Origin: Methanobacteriota archaeon
GTDB lineage: Archaea > Thermoplasmatota > Thermoplasmata > RBG-16-68-12
Assembly (NCBI GenBank): GCA_005878525.1
Contig: VBMB01000137.1
Coordinates: 1 to 46,575 of the forward strand
Length of the DNA stretch: 46,575 nucleotides
Reading direction: 5' to 3'
A program made the position numbers and the translations under genes. Below the pieces are notes generated by a model that searched no databases, had not been told where the DNA came from, and worked only from the letters and a program-made list of their open reading frames with translations. This document shows, piece by piece, positions 37,696-46,036 of this stretch; positions within the stretch are counted from its first letter, which is position 1; every line of letters begins with the position of its first letter.

Positions 37696-37896
37696 GCTTC
37701 CCTCCCGCCGAACACAGGTGGGCCCACGTTCCTCGTGGGATGAAATGGAGGAAAGTGCCCGCCGTTCGTCGGGCAGAAATGAAAGTTATCCAGTAGCCAA
37801 CAAACCTCACGACGATAATCACATGGCAAAGGGTTGAAACAGGCTGCGCGCGGTCGCAACATGGTCGTCTACTTGTTATCTCTCCTTGGCTTGAGG

Positions 37897-38119
37897 CTAA
37901 CTGCCTCTCCAAGCTAGCCAGGCAAAAACGCCGAAATCCACCGCCAAGAGAGCCACCGCCAAGGCTACATATCCCCTGCATCGCCCACACCCAACCGGCG
38001 AGGGTGCGTACCGCGACAGTAGCAAGGGCGGCGGCACCGAGGAGAAATTGGGGACTTCGCGACCGACGATACTGCCTTCGAATCCGATCCCCCTCACGCT
38101 TCAACATCAGTACCCCCAT
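37897..38119 (-). pseudogene. Possible frameshifted small two-TM protein
   Basis: Removing one base of the run at 37973-37976 joins ..LLGAAALATVAVRTLAGWVWAMQG to YVALAVALLAVDFGVFAWLAWRGS*. Confidence 0.3.
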
Positions 38120-38349
38120 CGGAGGTGATGACTATTCATAGGTCCCATGAATTGGACTGCGTCCTCTACCAGTGCCATTCGGCTCAGGATAACCCTGCCG
38201 GGGCAGCTGAGACTACCAGCCGACCTTCAAAAACCAAAAACCAAATACCTTGAGAAGCCGTTCATCGAGGACCACTTCAAGTTACTTACCGGCTATAGCG
38301 AAGCGCCAATTATTCATTCTTGCGCGGTTATCCTCATTGCGACCCTCGG

Positions 38350-39171
38350 ATGACACTAAAGGACAAGTTGCGAGTCGGCTGCAGCGGCTGGGGATACGAC
38401 GACTGGCTCGGCGGCTTCTATCCGCCGGACACGCCGAAGTCCGATTACCTGAAGCTCTACTCGAACGTCTTCGACTGTGTCGAAGTCGATTCCTCGTTCT
38501 ATCGCAACCCGGGGCCCGCGATGACGAAGGGATGGCACAAGTCCACGCCCCCGGGATTTCTGTTCGCGATGAAGATGCCGAAGCGGATTACCCATGAGAA
38601 GAAGCTGAAAGGCGTGGCGGAAAACCTGGGATGGTTCTACGCATCCGCCAAGGAGCTGCGAGAAAAGTGTGGGCCGCTCGTCGCGCAACTTCCGCCGTCC
38701 ATCAAGTTCGACTCCCACTGGGTTGTCATGCAAGAGTTCCTTCGCGCGCTCGAGGTGGACAAGTACCCGCACGCCATCGAATTCCGACACAAGTCATGGT
38801 TCCGTGACGACGTCTTCAAGCTCCTCCGCGACCGGAACGTCACGATGGTGTGGTCGGAGAACCAGTACCTGCGAACGCCGACCCACGTGACTTCGGACCA
38901 AGTCTACCTGCGGATGGTGGGAGATCGCGAAATCACGGAATTCAAGGAGGTCCAGAAAGACAAGTCCGCGGAGATGCGCACCTGGTACAAGGAGCTCGAG
39001 GAGTCGTCCGATTCGGTCAAGGGCGCCCTCGTCTTCTTCAACAACCACTACGCGGGCTTCGGGCCGGGGAGCGTGAACGAGTTCCGGCGCCTCGCGGGGA
39101 TGATGGAATACCCGTTCCCCGCGACGAAGGCTGGTGCGGGAGGCCAGAAGGGTCTGGCGGATTTCGGCTGA
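38350..39171 (+). CDS. DUF72 (YecE-like) protein
   Basis: GCSGW.Y..W.G.FYP, VEVDSSFY, K.P..ITH, QLPPS, EFRH.SW, FNNHY.G. Confidence 0.93.
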   Translation: MTLKDKLRVGCSGWGYDDWLGGFYPPDTPKSDYLKLYSNVFDCVEVDSSFYRNPGPAMTKGWHKSTPPGFLFAMKMPKRITHEKKLKGVAENLGWFYASAKELREKCGPLVAQLPPSIKFDSHWVVMQEFLRALEVDKYPHAIEFRHKSWFRDDVFKLLRDRNVTMVWSENQYLRTPTHVTSDQVYLRMVGDREITEFKEVQKDKSAEMRTWYKELEESSDSVKGALVFFNNHYAGFGPGSVNEFRRLAGMMEYPFPATKAGAGGQKGLADFG

Positions 39172-39253
39172 GCGAGTCACCGGCTCGATTCGCCGACCTC
39201 CCGCCGTCACGTAGATACGCCATCGGACGATGAGGACGAACTGGGAAACGATC

Positions 39254-39709
39254 ATGGCAACCAAGACTCAAGTCGTGTTCGACTCCGCCGATCCGGATCG
39301 CTTGGCGAAGTTCTGGGCCGAAGCGCTCCATTACAAGCTGCAGGACCCGCCCGCGGGGTTTTCGTCGTGGCAGGCGGCGCTCAAGGCATGGGGGGTGCCC
39401 GCGGAGGAGTGGAACTCCGCGAGTGCGATTGTCGATCCCGAGGGAAAGGGACCGAGGATCTACTTCCAACAGTTGGACACGCCGAAGCCGGGGAAGAATC
39501 GGATCCACCTGGATCTGAACGTCAGCGGCGGAGTGACTGTCCCCCTGTCGGACCGGAAGGCCCAGGTCAACCGCGAGGTGGGCCGACTCTTGGATCTGGG
39601 GGCGGTCGAGCAAAAGGCGTGGGACCTGCCTCCCCGGTCCAAGGCGGAACCCGGGGAGTACTGGGTCGTCATGCAGGATCCCGAGGGCAACGAGTTCTGC
39701 GTCCAGTGA
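39254..39709 (+). CDS. VOC family (glyoxalase-like) protein
   Basis: DPDRLAKFW, KNRIHLDL, DPEGNEFCV. Confidence 0.92.
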   Translation: MATKTQVVFDSADPDRLAKFWAEALHYKLQDPPAGFSSWQAALKAWGVPAEEWNSASAIVDPEGKGPRIYFQQLDTPKPGKNRIHLDLNVSGGVTVPLSDRKAQVNREVGRLLDLGAVEQKAWDLPPRSKAEPGEYWVVMQDPEGNEFCVQ

Positions 39710-39770
39710 AATCCACGCGGACGGACGTGACCGAAACCAACCTAATGATGAACGACGTCCATCCCGATCC

Positions 39771-40847
39771 GTGGCCCGCGTCATCTTCCACGTGGACATG
39801 GACGCCTTCTACGTGAGCGTGGAGCGACGGGAAAATCCGGACCTCGTCGGGAAGCCGGTCATCGTCGGCGCGGATCCGAAGGGGGGCCGAGGGCGCGGCG
39901 TCGTCATGGCGGCGAGCTACGAGGCCCGGCAGCTCGACGTCCGGAGCGGGATGCCGATCAGCATGGCCTGGCACAAGCTACCGCAGGCGACCTACCTCCG
40001 ACCGAACTACGACTTGTATGCCGCCGCCTCGGAGAGCGTCATCGATGTCCTGCGATTGCACGCGGACATCCTCGAGCACGTGAGCATCGACGAGGCCTTC
40101 CTCGACGTCACGTCCAAGGTCAAGGGGTTCGATGACGCGGGGGACTACGCCCTCCGCGTGAAGGCCGCCGTCAAGGAGCGGGAGAGGCTTGCCTGCACGA
40201 TCGGCGTTGGGCCCAACAAGTCCGTGGCGAAGATGGCCTCGGATCTGGCGAAACCGGATGGCCTCAAGGTCGTCCCACCCGAGGAGGTCAACGCCTTTCT
40301 GGACCCGCTGCCCGTCACCCGGATCAGCGGGGTCGGTGCGAAAACCGCGGCGATCCTCGAACGGGTCGGGGTCCGGACGATCGGAGAATTGGCCCGGTTC
40401 CCCGGCGCCGAGCTGAAGAAGCTCATGGGCAAGAATTCGGTCTGGTTGTGGGCCATCGCTCGCGGCATCGAGGAACTGCCCGTCGAGGAGCGGCCTGATC
40501 CGAAGTCGATCAGCGTCGAACGGACGTTCGACAAGGACGTCTCGGACTGGCCCCGGATCGAATCGACGATTCGGGATGTGGCCCACAACGTCTTCCTCCG
40601 AGCTCGGGCCCAGGGAGCGACGTTCCGCACGGTCGGCATCAAGATTCGGTTCGAGGGATTCCAGACCCATCTGCGGGAGCGGACTCTCGCTTCCCACGTT
40701 CTCGATGAGAAGGTCCTCGCGGATGTGTGCGTGGAGCTCGCAAAAGAGTTCGCCGAAGGCAATCATCGGTTCCGCCTCATCGGGGTGCGGGTCACGAAGC
40801 TGCAGCGGCCGAAGACGCGGCAGCCCCAGCTGACCGCCTTCGAGTAG
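39771..40847 (+). CDS. dinB: Y-family DNA polymerase IV (DinB/Dbh)
   Basis: HVDMDAFY.SVE, ASYEAR, SIDEAFLD, AK.ASD..KP.G. Confidence 0.95.
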   Translation: MARVIFHVDMDAFYVSVERRENPDLVGKPVIVGADPKGGRGRGVVMAASYEARQLDVRSGMPISMAWHKLPQATYLRPNYDLYAAASESVIDVLRLHADILEHVSIDEAFLDVTSKVKGFDDAGDYALRVKAAVKERERLACTIGVGPNKSVAKMASDLAKPDGLKVVPPEEVNAFLDPLPVTRISGVGAKTAAILERVGVRTIGELARFPGAELKKLMGKNSVWLWAIARGIEELPVEERPDPKSISVERTFDKDVSDWPRIESTIRDVAHNVFLRARAQGATFRTVGIKIRFEGFQTHLRERTLASHVLDEKVLADVCVELAKEFAEGNHRFRLIGVRVTKLQRPKTRQPQLTAFE

Positions 40848-40854
40848 TCTCACC

Positions 40855-40878
40855 AGTTATAGTCAAACAACTATAACT
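40855..40878. repeat. Perfect 9-6-9 inverted repeat (candidate Xer dif-like site or operator)
   Basis: AGTTATAGT-caaaca-ACTATAACT between convergent genes. Confidence 0.6.
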
Positions 40879-40949
40879 TCGAGGGTCCGAGCCTGCTGGC
40901 AAGAGGGCCTTCAATCCATCGCCGAGAACCAGCGGATCCGGAAAGAGGC

Positions 40950-41483
40950 CTACCGTTTTCGGCGGCCACGCGGCTTCGGCGGGGCCTTCACTCCAACGTT
41001 CCGGGCGAGCCGGCGCAACTCGCCCTGGTCCATCCACTCGACTTTCAGGTACTTGAACAGCTCCCGGTCCGTCATCCCGAGCCGCCGCCCTTCCGCGATG
41101 CAGACCTTGTACGCCTCGATCTCGGTGGGCGCATCGGGGTAATTGAAGCCGTCCGGGAAGAGCTCCTTCCCTTCCCAGAACTGGCGGACGTGGACGAGCT
41201 CGTGCACGACGTCGAGATAGATGTCCCGCCGCTTTCCCGTCCGCAGGTAGTGCGTCGAGACCACGAGGTGGCCGTCCTCGTCGCTGACGCCCATGTACCC
41301 CCATTTCGAAGAGAAGAACTCGACCTTGAGCGCGCGGAGGACGGACTTCGTCCTCGGTCCGAAAATCCCGCGGACCGCGTCGACGGTCTCGAAGCCCTTG
41401 AAGTGATCGAGGAATCGCTCGTAATGTAGGCGGATGTTCCTTGGAATGACGACGTTCGGGAGTTTCACCTTGGAAGCGATCAT
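40950..41483 (-). CDS. Hypothetical protein with zincin-like HExxH motif
   Basis: LDVVHELVHVRQ..EIEAY; ATG overlaps the bcp stop. Confidence 0.8.
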   Translation of the reverse strand: MIASKVKLPNVVIPRNIRLHYERFLDHFKGFETVDAVRGIFGPRTKSVLRALKVEFFSSKWGYMGVSDEDGHLVVSTHYLRTGKRRDIYLDVVHELVHVRQFWEGKELFPDGFNYPDAPTEIEAYKVCIAEGRRLGMTDRELFKYLKVEWMDQGELRRLARNVGVKAPPKPRGRRKR

Positions 41484-41938
41484 CGTTGCCGCACCTCGGA
41501 AAGGATTCGTAGGGCTTCTTGGCTGTGGCTCTTCGGGTCGACGGTGCGGTATGCCGACAAGATGGTCCCGTCCGGGCCGATGATGTAGGTCACGCGCTTG
41601 GCCACGCCGAGGAACCCCAACGCGTTGTACGCCCGCGTGATGCGTTTGTCGGGGTCCGCCACCAGATCGAAAGTCAAGTGGTACTTCTCGCGGAACGCGC
41701 GGTGCGACGTCTCGTCTTGAACGCTGATGCCCAAGACGACCGCTCCGGCCGCCCGGAAGGCCGCGGTGTCGTCGCGGAAGGCACACGCTTCTCGCGTGCA
41801 TCCCGCCGTGTCGTCTTCCGGATAGAAGAACAGGACGACCGGCTTGCCCTGGAAATCCCGGAGGCGGATTGGGACGCCGTCCTGGTTCGTCCCCTCGAAA
41901 TCGGGCGCTCGGGTGCCGGGCTGAAGCAGGTCGCCCAT
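41480..41938 (-). CDS. bcp: Peroxiredoxin, BCP/PrxQ type
   Basis: FYPEDDTAGCTREAC (PxxxTxxC with resolving Cys), R.TYII. Confidence 0.93.
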   Translation of the reverse strand: MGDLLQPGTRAPDFEGTNQDGVPIRLRDFQGKPVVLFFYPEDDTAGCTREACAFRDDTAAFRAAGAVVLGISVQDETSHRAFREKYHLTFDLVADPDKRITRAYNALGFLGVAKRVTYIIGPDGTILSAYRTVDPKSHSQEALRILSEVRQR

Positions 41939-42012
41939 CGGCCGCCTTCGAACCGTCCGTCGCACTTCAATGATTGCCCTGCTCCGTCCGACGGCGAATC
42001 TCTGCGCGGCGT

Positions 42013-43590
42013 TCAAGCGGAAAACCGTGGCCAGTCTTTCAAGATCTCTCGTGCGGCGTTGTAGCCCGGAGCGCCCGTGATTCCCCCACCCGGGTGAGAG
42101 CCGGATCCGCAGAGGTACAGACCCTCGACCGGAGTTCGGTAGCGGGACCAACCTGGGACCGGACGGAGGACGAGCAACTGGTCCAGCGTCATCTCCCCGT
42201 GGTAGATGTGGCCCTCCGTCAGGCCGAACCGCTCTTCCAGGTCGACCGGCGTTAGGACCTGGCGGTGGAGGATCAGTCGTTCCAGACCGGGCATGTGCCC
42301 CTCCAGGATGGCCGTCACGCGCTCGCCGAGTTTGTCCCTGTCGGTTTCCCACGTTCCGCGTCGCAGCGCGTACGGGGCGTATTGGATGAGGGCCGACATC
42401 ACGTGCTTCCCCGGAGGGGCGAGGTCCGGATCCACGACGGTCGGTACGGTCACATCGAGGAAGGGGTCGGCCGATGCCCTGCCGTACTTCGCGTCGTCGT
42501 ACGCCCGCTCGATGTATTCGAGCGAGGGGCACACCCGGAAATGGGGTGGCACGCCGTCGCCTGCGAGCGTCAACTTCGGGGCGCCGTCGAGGGCGAAATT
42601 CACGTTCGCGACGACCCCGTTCATCTCGAAGTTCCGGACATGATTGAGGAACTCGGGGCCCAGTTCCTCGGGCTCGACGAGATGGAGGAAGGTCCGCTTC
42701 GGGTCGGCGTTCGACGCCACCACGCGGGAGGCGATCGTCTCACCGCCACTCACCTCGACCCCGGTGACCCGTCCGTCGGCGCTCACGATTCGCGTCACCT
42801 CCGCCCCCGTTCGGATCGTCACGCCGGCGTCCCGCGCCGCCTGGGCGAAGGCGTCGGCGAGGACGCCCATACCGCCCCGCACGAACGCCGAGGCGGTGCC
42901 ATGGACGTCAGGCCGGAACCGCGGGACGAGCCCGAATGCGGTCCCCGGCGAGAATGGTCCTTCGAAGGTGCCGAGGAGACCATCGACCGCGAGGCTCGCC
43001 TTCAGCAGCTCCGTCTCGAACCACTCGTTCAAGAAATCCCGGATCGACATGGGGGGGAGGCGGAGCATTTGTTGCATCATCGGCTTGCCGAGGCGTCGCA
43101 GTGGAAGCGCACGGCGCAAGAGCGACATCTGCTCCCAGAGGCTCGGCGTCGGGAGGCTCGGCGGCGTCATCGCGAGGACCGGGTCCAGCGCCGCGGCGAA
43201 CTGTCGCAGGAATTCGACCATGCGCGGGTACGCCTCGGCATCCTTCGCCGAGAACGAACCGAGCCCCTCCTGGGTCTTTCGGACGTCCCGCCAGATGCGG
43301 AGGGCCCGGTCCTCCCCGAGCGCAACGACTTCGGGATCGGGTTGGATGAATTGCACGCCGCGCGCTTCGAGATGCAAATCCTCGACGACTTCCGGACGCA
43401 GGCGTCCGCACACCGAGGCGCCCGTGGGCCCGCGGAAACCAGGGGCGATCTCCTCCGTGGTCATGGGACCGCCCACCGCAGCTCGTCTCTCGAGGACGAG
43501 GACACGGCGTCGTGCGCGCGCGAGGTATGTCGCCGCCACGAGGCCGTTGTGGCCGCCGCCCACGATTACGACATCGTACGCCTCGGCCAC
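42013..43590 (-). CDS. Phytoene desaturase-like (PYROXD2-type) FAD oxidoreductase, copy B
   Basis: GGGHNGL, GGMG, G.IYHGE, LYLCGSGSHPGGGITG.PG.NAA. Confidence 0.9.
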   Translation of the reverse strand: MAEAYDVVIVGGGHNGLVAATYLARARRRVLVLERRAAVGGPMTTEEIAPGFRGPTGASVCGRLRPEVVEDLHLEARGVQFIQPDPEVVALGEDRALRIWRDVRKTQEGLGSFSAKDAEAYPRMVEFLRQFAAALDPVLAMTPPSLPTPSLWEQMSLLRRALPLRRLGKPMMQQMLRLPPMSIRDFLNEWFETELLKASLAVDGLLGTFEGPFSPGTAFGLVPRFRPDVHGTASAFVRGGMGVLADAFAQAARDAGVTIRTGAEVTRIVSADGRVTGVEVSGGETIASRVVASNADPKRTFLHLVEPEELGPEFLNHVRNFEMNGVVANVNFALDGAPKLTLAGDGVPPHFRVCPSLEYIERAYDDAKYGRASADPFLDVTVPTVVDPDLAPPGKHVMSALIQYAPYALRRGTWETDRDKLGERVTAILEGHMPGLERLILHRQVLTPVDLEERFGLTEGHIYHGEMTLDQLLVLRPVPGWSRYRTPVEGLYLCGSGSHPGGGITGAPGYNAAREILKDWPRFSA

Positions 43591-43593
43591 GGC

Positions 43594-45198
43594 TCACACC
43601 CGACGCAGGGCCCAATCCTTCAGAATTTCCCGGGCGGCGTTGAGACCCGGGGCCCCCATCACGCCGCCTCCCGGATGGGCCCCAGAGCCGCACAGGTAGA
43701 GCCCCTTGATCGGCGTGCGGTATTGGGCCCAACCGGGGACGGGGCGAAGGAAGAACAACTGGTCCGGCGTGAGCTCTCCGTGGAAAATGTTCCCGCCGGT
43801 GAGGCCGATCATCTGCTCCAGGTCCCACGGGCTGAGCACCTGTTGGTGGAGGATGATGTCTCGGAGCTTCGGGACGTACTCCTCGATCGTGTCGATGACG
43901 GTCTCCGCGAACGCCTCCCGCCGGTCTGGCCAGTTGCCGTTTCGCAACGTGTACGGCGCGTACTGGATGAAGCACGACATGATGTGCTTGCCCGGAGGGG
44001 CGAGGGTCGGGTCCAAGGTCGAGGGGATGCACATGTCGATGAACGGACGATGGGAAAAGTCGCCGTACTTCGCGTCGTCGTACGCCTTCTCGATGTAGTC
44101 GACGGTCGGGCCGATGGAGATCGCCCCTTGGAGCTGCGGCCCGTTCCCGGGAAGGGCCGAGAAGCTCGGGGCCTCTTTCAGAGCGAAGTTCGCTTTGCCC
44201 GAGGATCCCTCGATCTTGAAGTTCTCGATGCCGCGGACGAAATCGGCGGGGAGATCGGACCGCTCGAGGAATTTCAGGAACGTCCGCTTCGGGTCGGCGC
44301 CGGAAGCAATCACCTTGGCCTCGATGCGTTCTCCGCTCGCCAGTTCCACGCCGATCGCCCGGCCGTCCTTCACCAGGATGTGGTGGACCTCCGCATTCAG
44401 CCGGATCTCGGCTCCGTAGGATCGGGCGGCGCTCGCGATGGACTCGCTCACCATGCCCATGCCCCCGCGGACGTACCCCCAGGACCGATACGCGCCGTCG
44501 ATCTCGCCCATGTAGTGGTGCATGAGCACGTACGCCGTCCCGGGGGAGCGCGGACCGAGGAGCGTCCCGATGATCCCGCTCGAGCAGAGGCCCGCCTTCA
44601 AGGCATCCGTCTCGAACCATTCGTCCAGGTAGTCCGCGGCGCTCATCGTCATCAGCCGCGCGAAGGTGTAGAGTTCGTCCTCCGTCAGCGTCTTCACCTG
44701 CTTGTTCAGGGCGAACAGCTTCCGGAGTTCCGCCGGATTGAGGGATCCGACGTCGGGCGGCGTCATCGTGAGCGTCGGCGCGATGAACTTCGCGAGGCGC
44801 GCCATGAGCCGGCCGAACCGCGGGTACGCCTCCGCGTCGCGCCGAGAGAATTTCGCGATGGCTTGGAACGCGTCTTCCTCGTCTCCGCGGTGGTACAGGT
44901 ACCGTCCGTCCGGCAAAGGGGTGAAGCTCGATTCCTGCGGGATCACCTCGAATCCGCGGGACGGGAGGTCGAGGTCGCGGATCACCTGGGGACGGAGGAG
45001 GCTGCATACGTAGGAGCAGACGGTGAATTTGAACCCGGGGAACACTTCTTCGGTGACCGCCGCGCCCCCGAGGACATGTCGCCGTTCCAAGACAAGCACC
45101 CGTTTCCCCGCGCGGGCCAGGTAGGCGGCGGCCGTCAGGCCGTTGTGCCCTCCACCGATTACGATTGCCTGGTACCGAACGGCCACAGGATGGACCAC
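43594..45198 (-). CDS. Phytoene desaturase-like (PYROXD2-type) FAD oxidoreductase, copy A
   Basis: GGGHNGL, SYVCSLL, YVLMHH, GNIFHG, HPGGGV.GAPG; start may be GTG 45186. Confidence 0.92.
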   Translation of the reverse strand: MVHPVAVRYQAIVIGGGHNGLTAAAYLARAGKRVLVLERRHVLGGAAVTEEVFPGFKFTVCSYVCSLLRPQVIRDLDLPSRGFEVIPQESSFTPLPDGRYLYHRGDEEDAFQAIAKFSRRDAEAYPRFGRLMARLAKFIAPTLTMTPPDVGSLNPAELRKLFALNKQVKTLTEDELYTFARLMTMSAADYLDEWFETDALKAGLCSSGIIGTLLGPRSPGTAYVLMHHYMGEIDGAYRSWGYVRGGMGMVSESIASAARSYGAEIRLNAEVHHILVKDGRAIGVELASGERIEAKVIASGADPKRTFLKFLERSDLPADFVRGIENFKIEGSSGKANFALKEAPSFSALPGNGPQLQGAISIGPTVDYIEKAYDDAKYGDFSHRPFIDMCIPSTLDPTLAPPGKHIMSCFIQYAPYTLRNGNWPDRREAFAETVIDTIEEYVPKLRDIILHQQVLSPWDLEQMIGLTGGNIFHGELTPDQLFFLRPVPGWAQYRTPIKGLYLCGSGAHPGGGVMGAPGLNAAREILKDWALRRV

Positions 45199-45289
45199 CC
45201 GGGACGTCGCGTGCAGCCAGATGCCGCGCCGACCCGCGAGGGTTAACCGGGGAAGGGTTAAATCAGTTCCCCGCGGCCCGCCTGCGGGA

Positions 45290-45652
45290 TCACGGGCTCA
45301 GACTCGGCGCTTGAATCCCCGTCCTCCGCTGCAACGCTTCGAGTCGATTGACCAGCTCCAACGGGCTGAGTTCCCCTCGTTTCCACTGCGCCAGCAGGGC
45401 CAACTCGCTCCCCCAGCCATCGATTTGCCTGGCGGCCACCCGGGCCCCAATCGCTGCCGGGAGTCGTGCAAACCGATCGACGAAACCGAATCGACCTTTC
45501 CGCGGAGGAGACCTACGTTGGGCGGTCCAACCGTTCAGGACGCCCAAGCCGGTCCCTTCGCCGTACTCCCACTTCAGGTACCGAGCAATCTCTCCGCCAT
45601 CGTTGGACAAAGACCGATCGCGCACAAACCCGGCTCCATATAATTGCATCAT
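45290..45652 (-). CDS. Hypothetical protein, about 120 aa
   Basis: Open frame with an AT-rich promoter-like region upstream; no recognised domain. Confidence 0.55.
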   Translation of the reverse strand: MMQLYGAGFVRDRSLSNDGGEIARYLKWEYGEGTGLGVLNGWTAQRRSPPRKGRFGFVDRFARLPAAIGARVAARQIDGWGSELALLAQWKRGELSPLELVNRLEALQRRTGIQAPSLSP

Positions 45653-45730
45653 TTTTCTTCCTCTCTTGAGCGGACGAGCGAACGGATTCCGAGGGTATAA
45701 TGGCATCGATTTGAGGGATAGCTGCAGGAT

Positions 45731-45842
45731 AATCATTTTCGGTGATTCATGATATAAGTATCTGTACTGACTATACTTATTGAACTATATTCGCATATCT
45801 TAAACCATCCACATACCGGCTATTATCTATCACGGTATGATA
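45731..45842. promoter_or_regulatory. AT-rich regulatory tract with three palindromes
   Basis: AATCA-7-TGATT (45731-45747), ATAAGTAT-11-ATACTTAT (45754-45780), TATCA-5-TGATA (45828-45842). Confidence 0.5.
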
Positions 45843-46036
45843 TAGGTGGCCCGTTTTACCCTTCCGGGCGATCGATGGTGAGGCGAGAAAGGCGCGGTCG
45901 GGTCGGCAACCAATCCGTGTCGGCGCGAGACTGGGTGAGAAGGGGCGGACTTGGATTGCGCTCCGTTCGATCAGAACTCCCTGCATCTCCATAGGGTTAA
46001 ATTCCTTTCCCGCGGTCCCGCCGCGAGGAGGCAATC

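Larger units (their letters stand above)
45254..46022 (+). repeat. Degenerate ~30-bp direct repeat (45254-45282 and 45993-46022) containing a TATA-like GGTTAAAT
   Basis: AGGGTTAAATCAGTTCCCCGCGG-CCCGCC vs AGGGTTAAATTCCTTTCCCGCGGTCCCGCC, 25/30 identical. Confidence 0.6.

Noticed and set aside
42013-45198. Carotenoid biosynthesis (crtI) assignment
   Set aside because: Motifs fit the PYROXD2-like branch; no crtB or crtY nearby
42265-45246. 993-aa plus-strand ORF (likewise 30310-32076, 33980-35611, 19256-20935, 17713-19167)
   Set aside because: Shadow frames overlapping well-supported genes; high GC suppresses stop codons; no recognisable motifs
45690-45850. AT-rich tract as a replication origin
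   Set aside because: No ORB-like repeats and no orc1/cdc6 gene in the window
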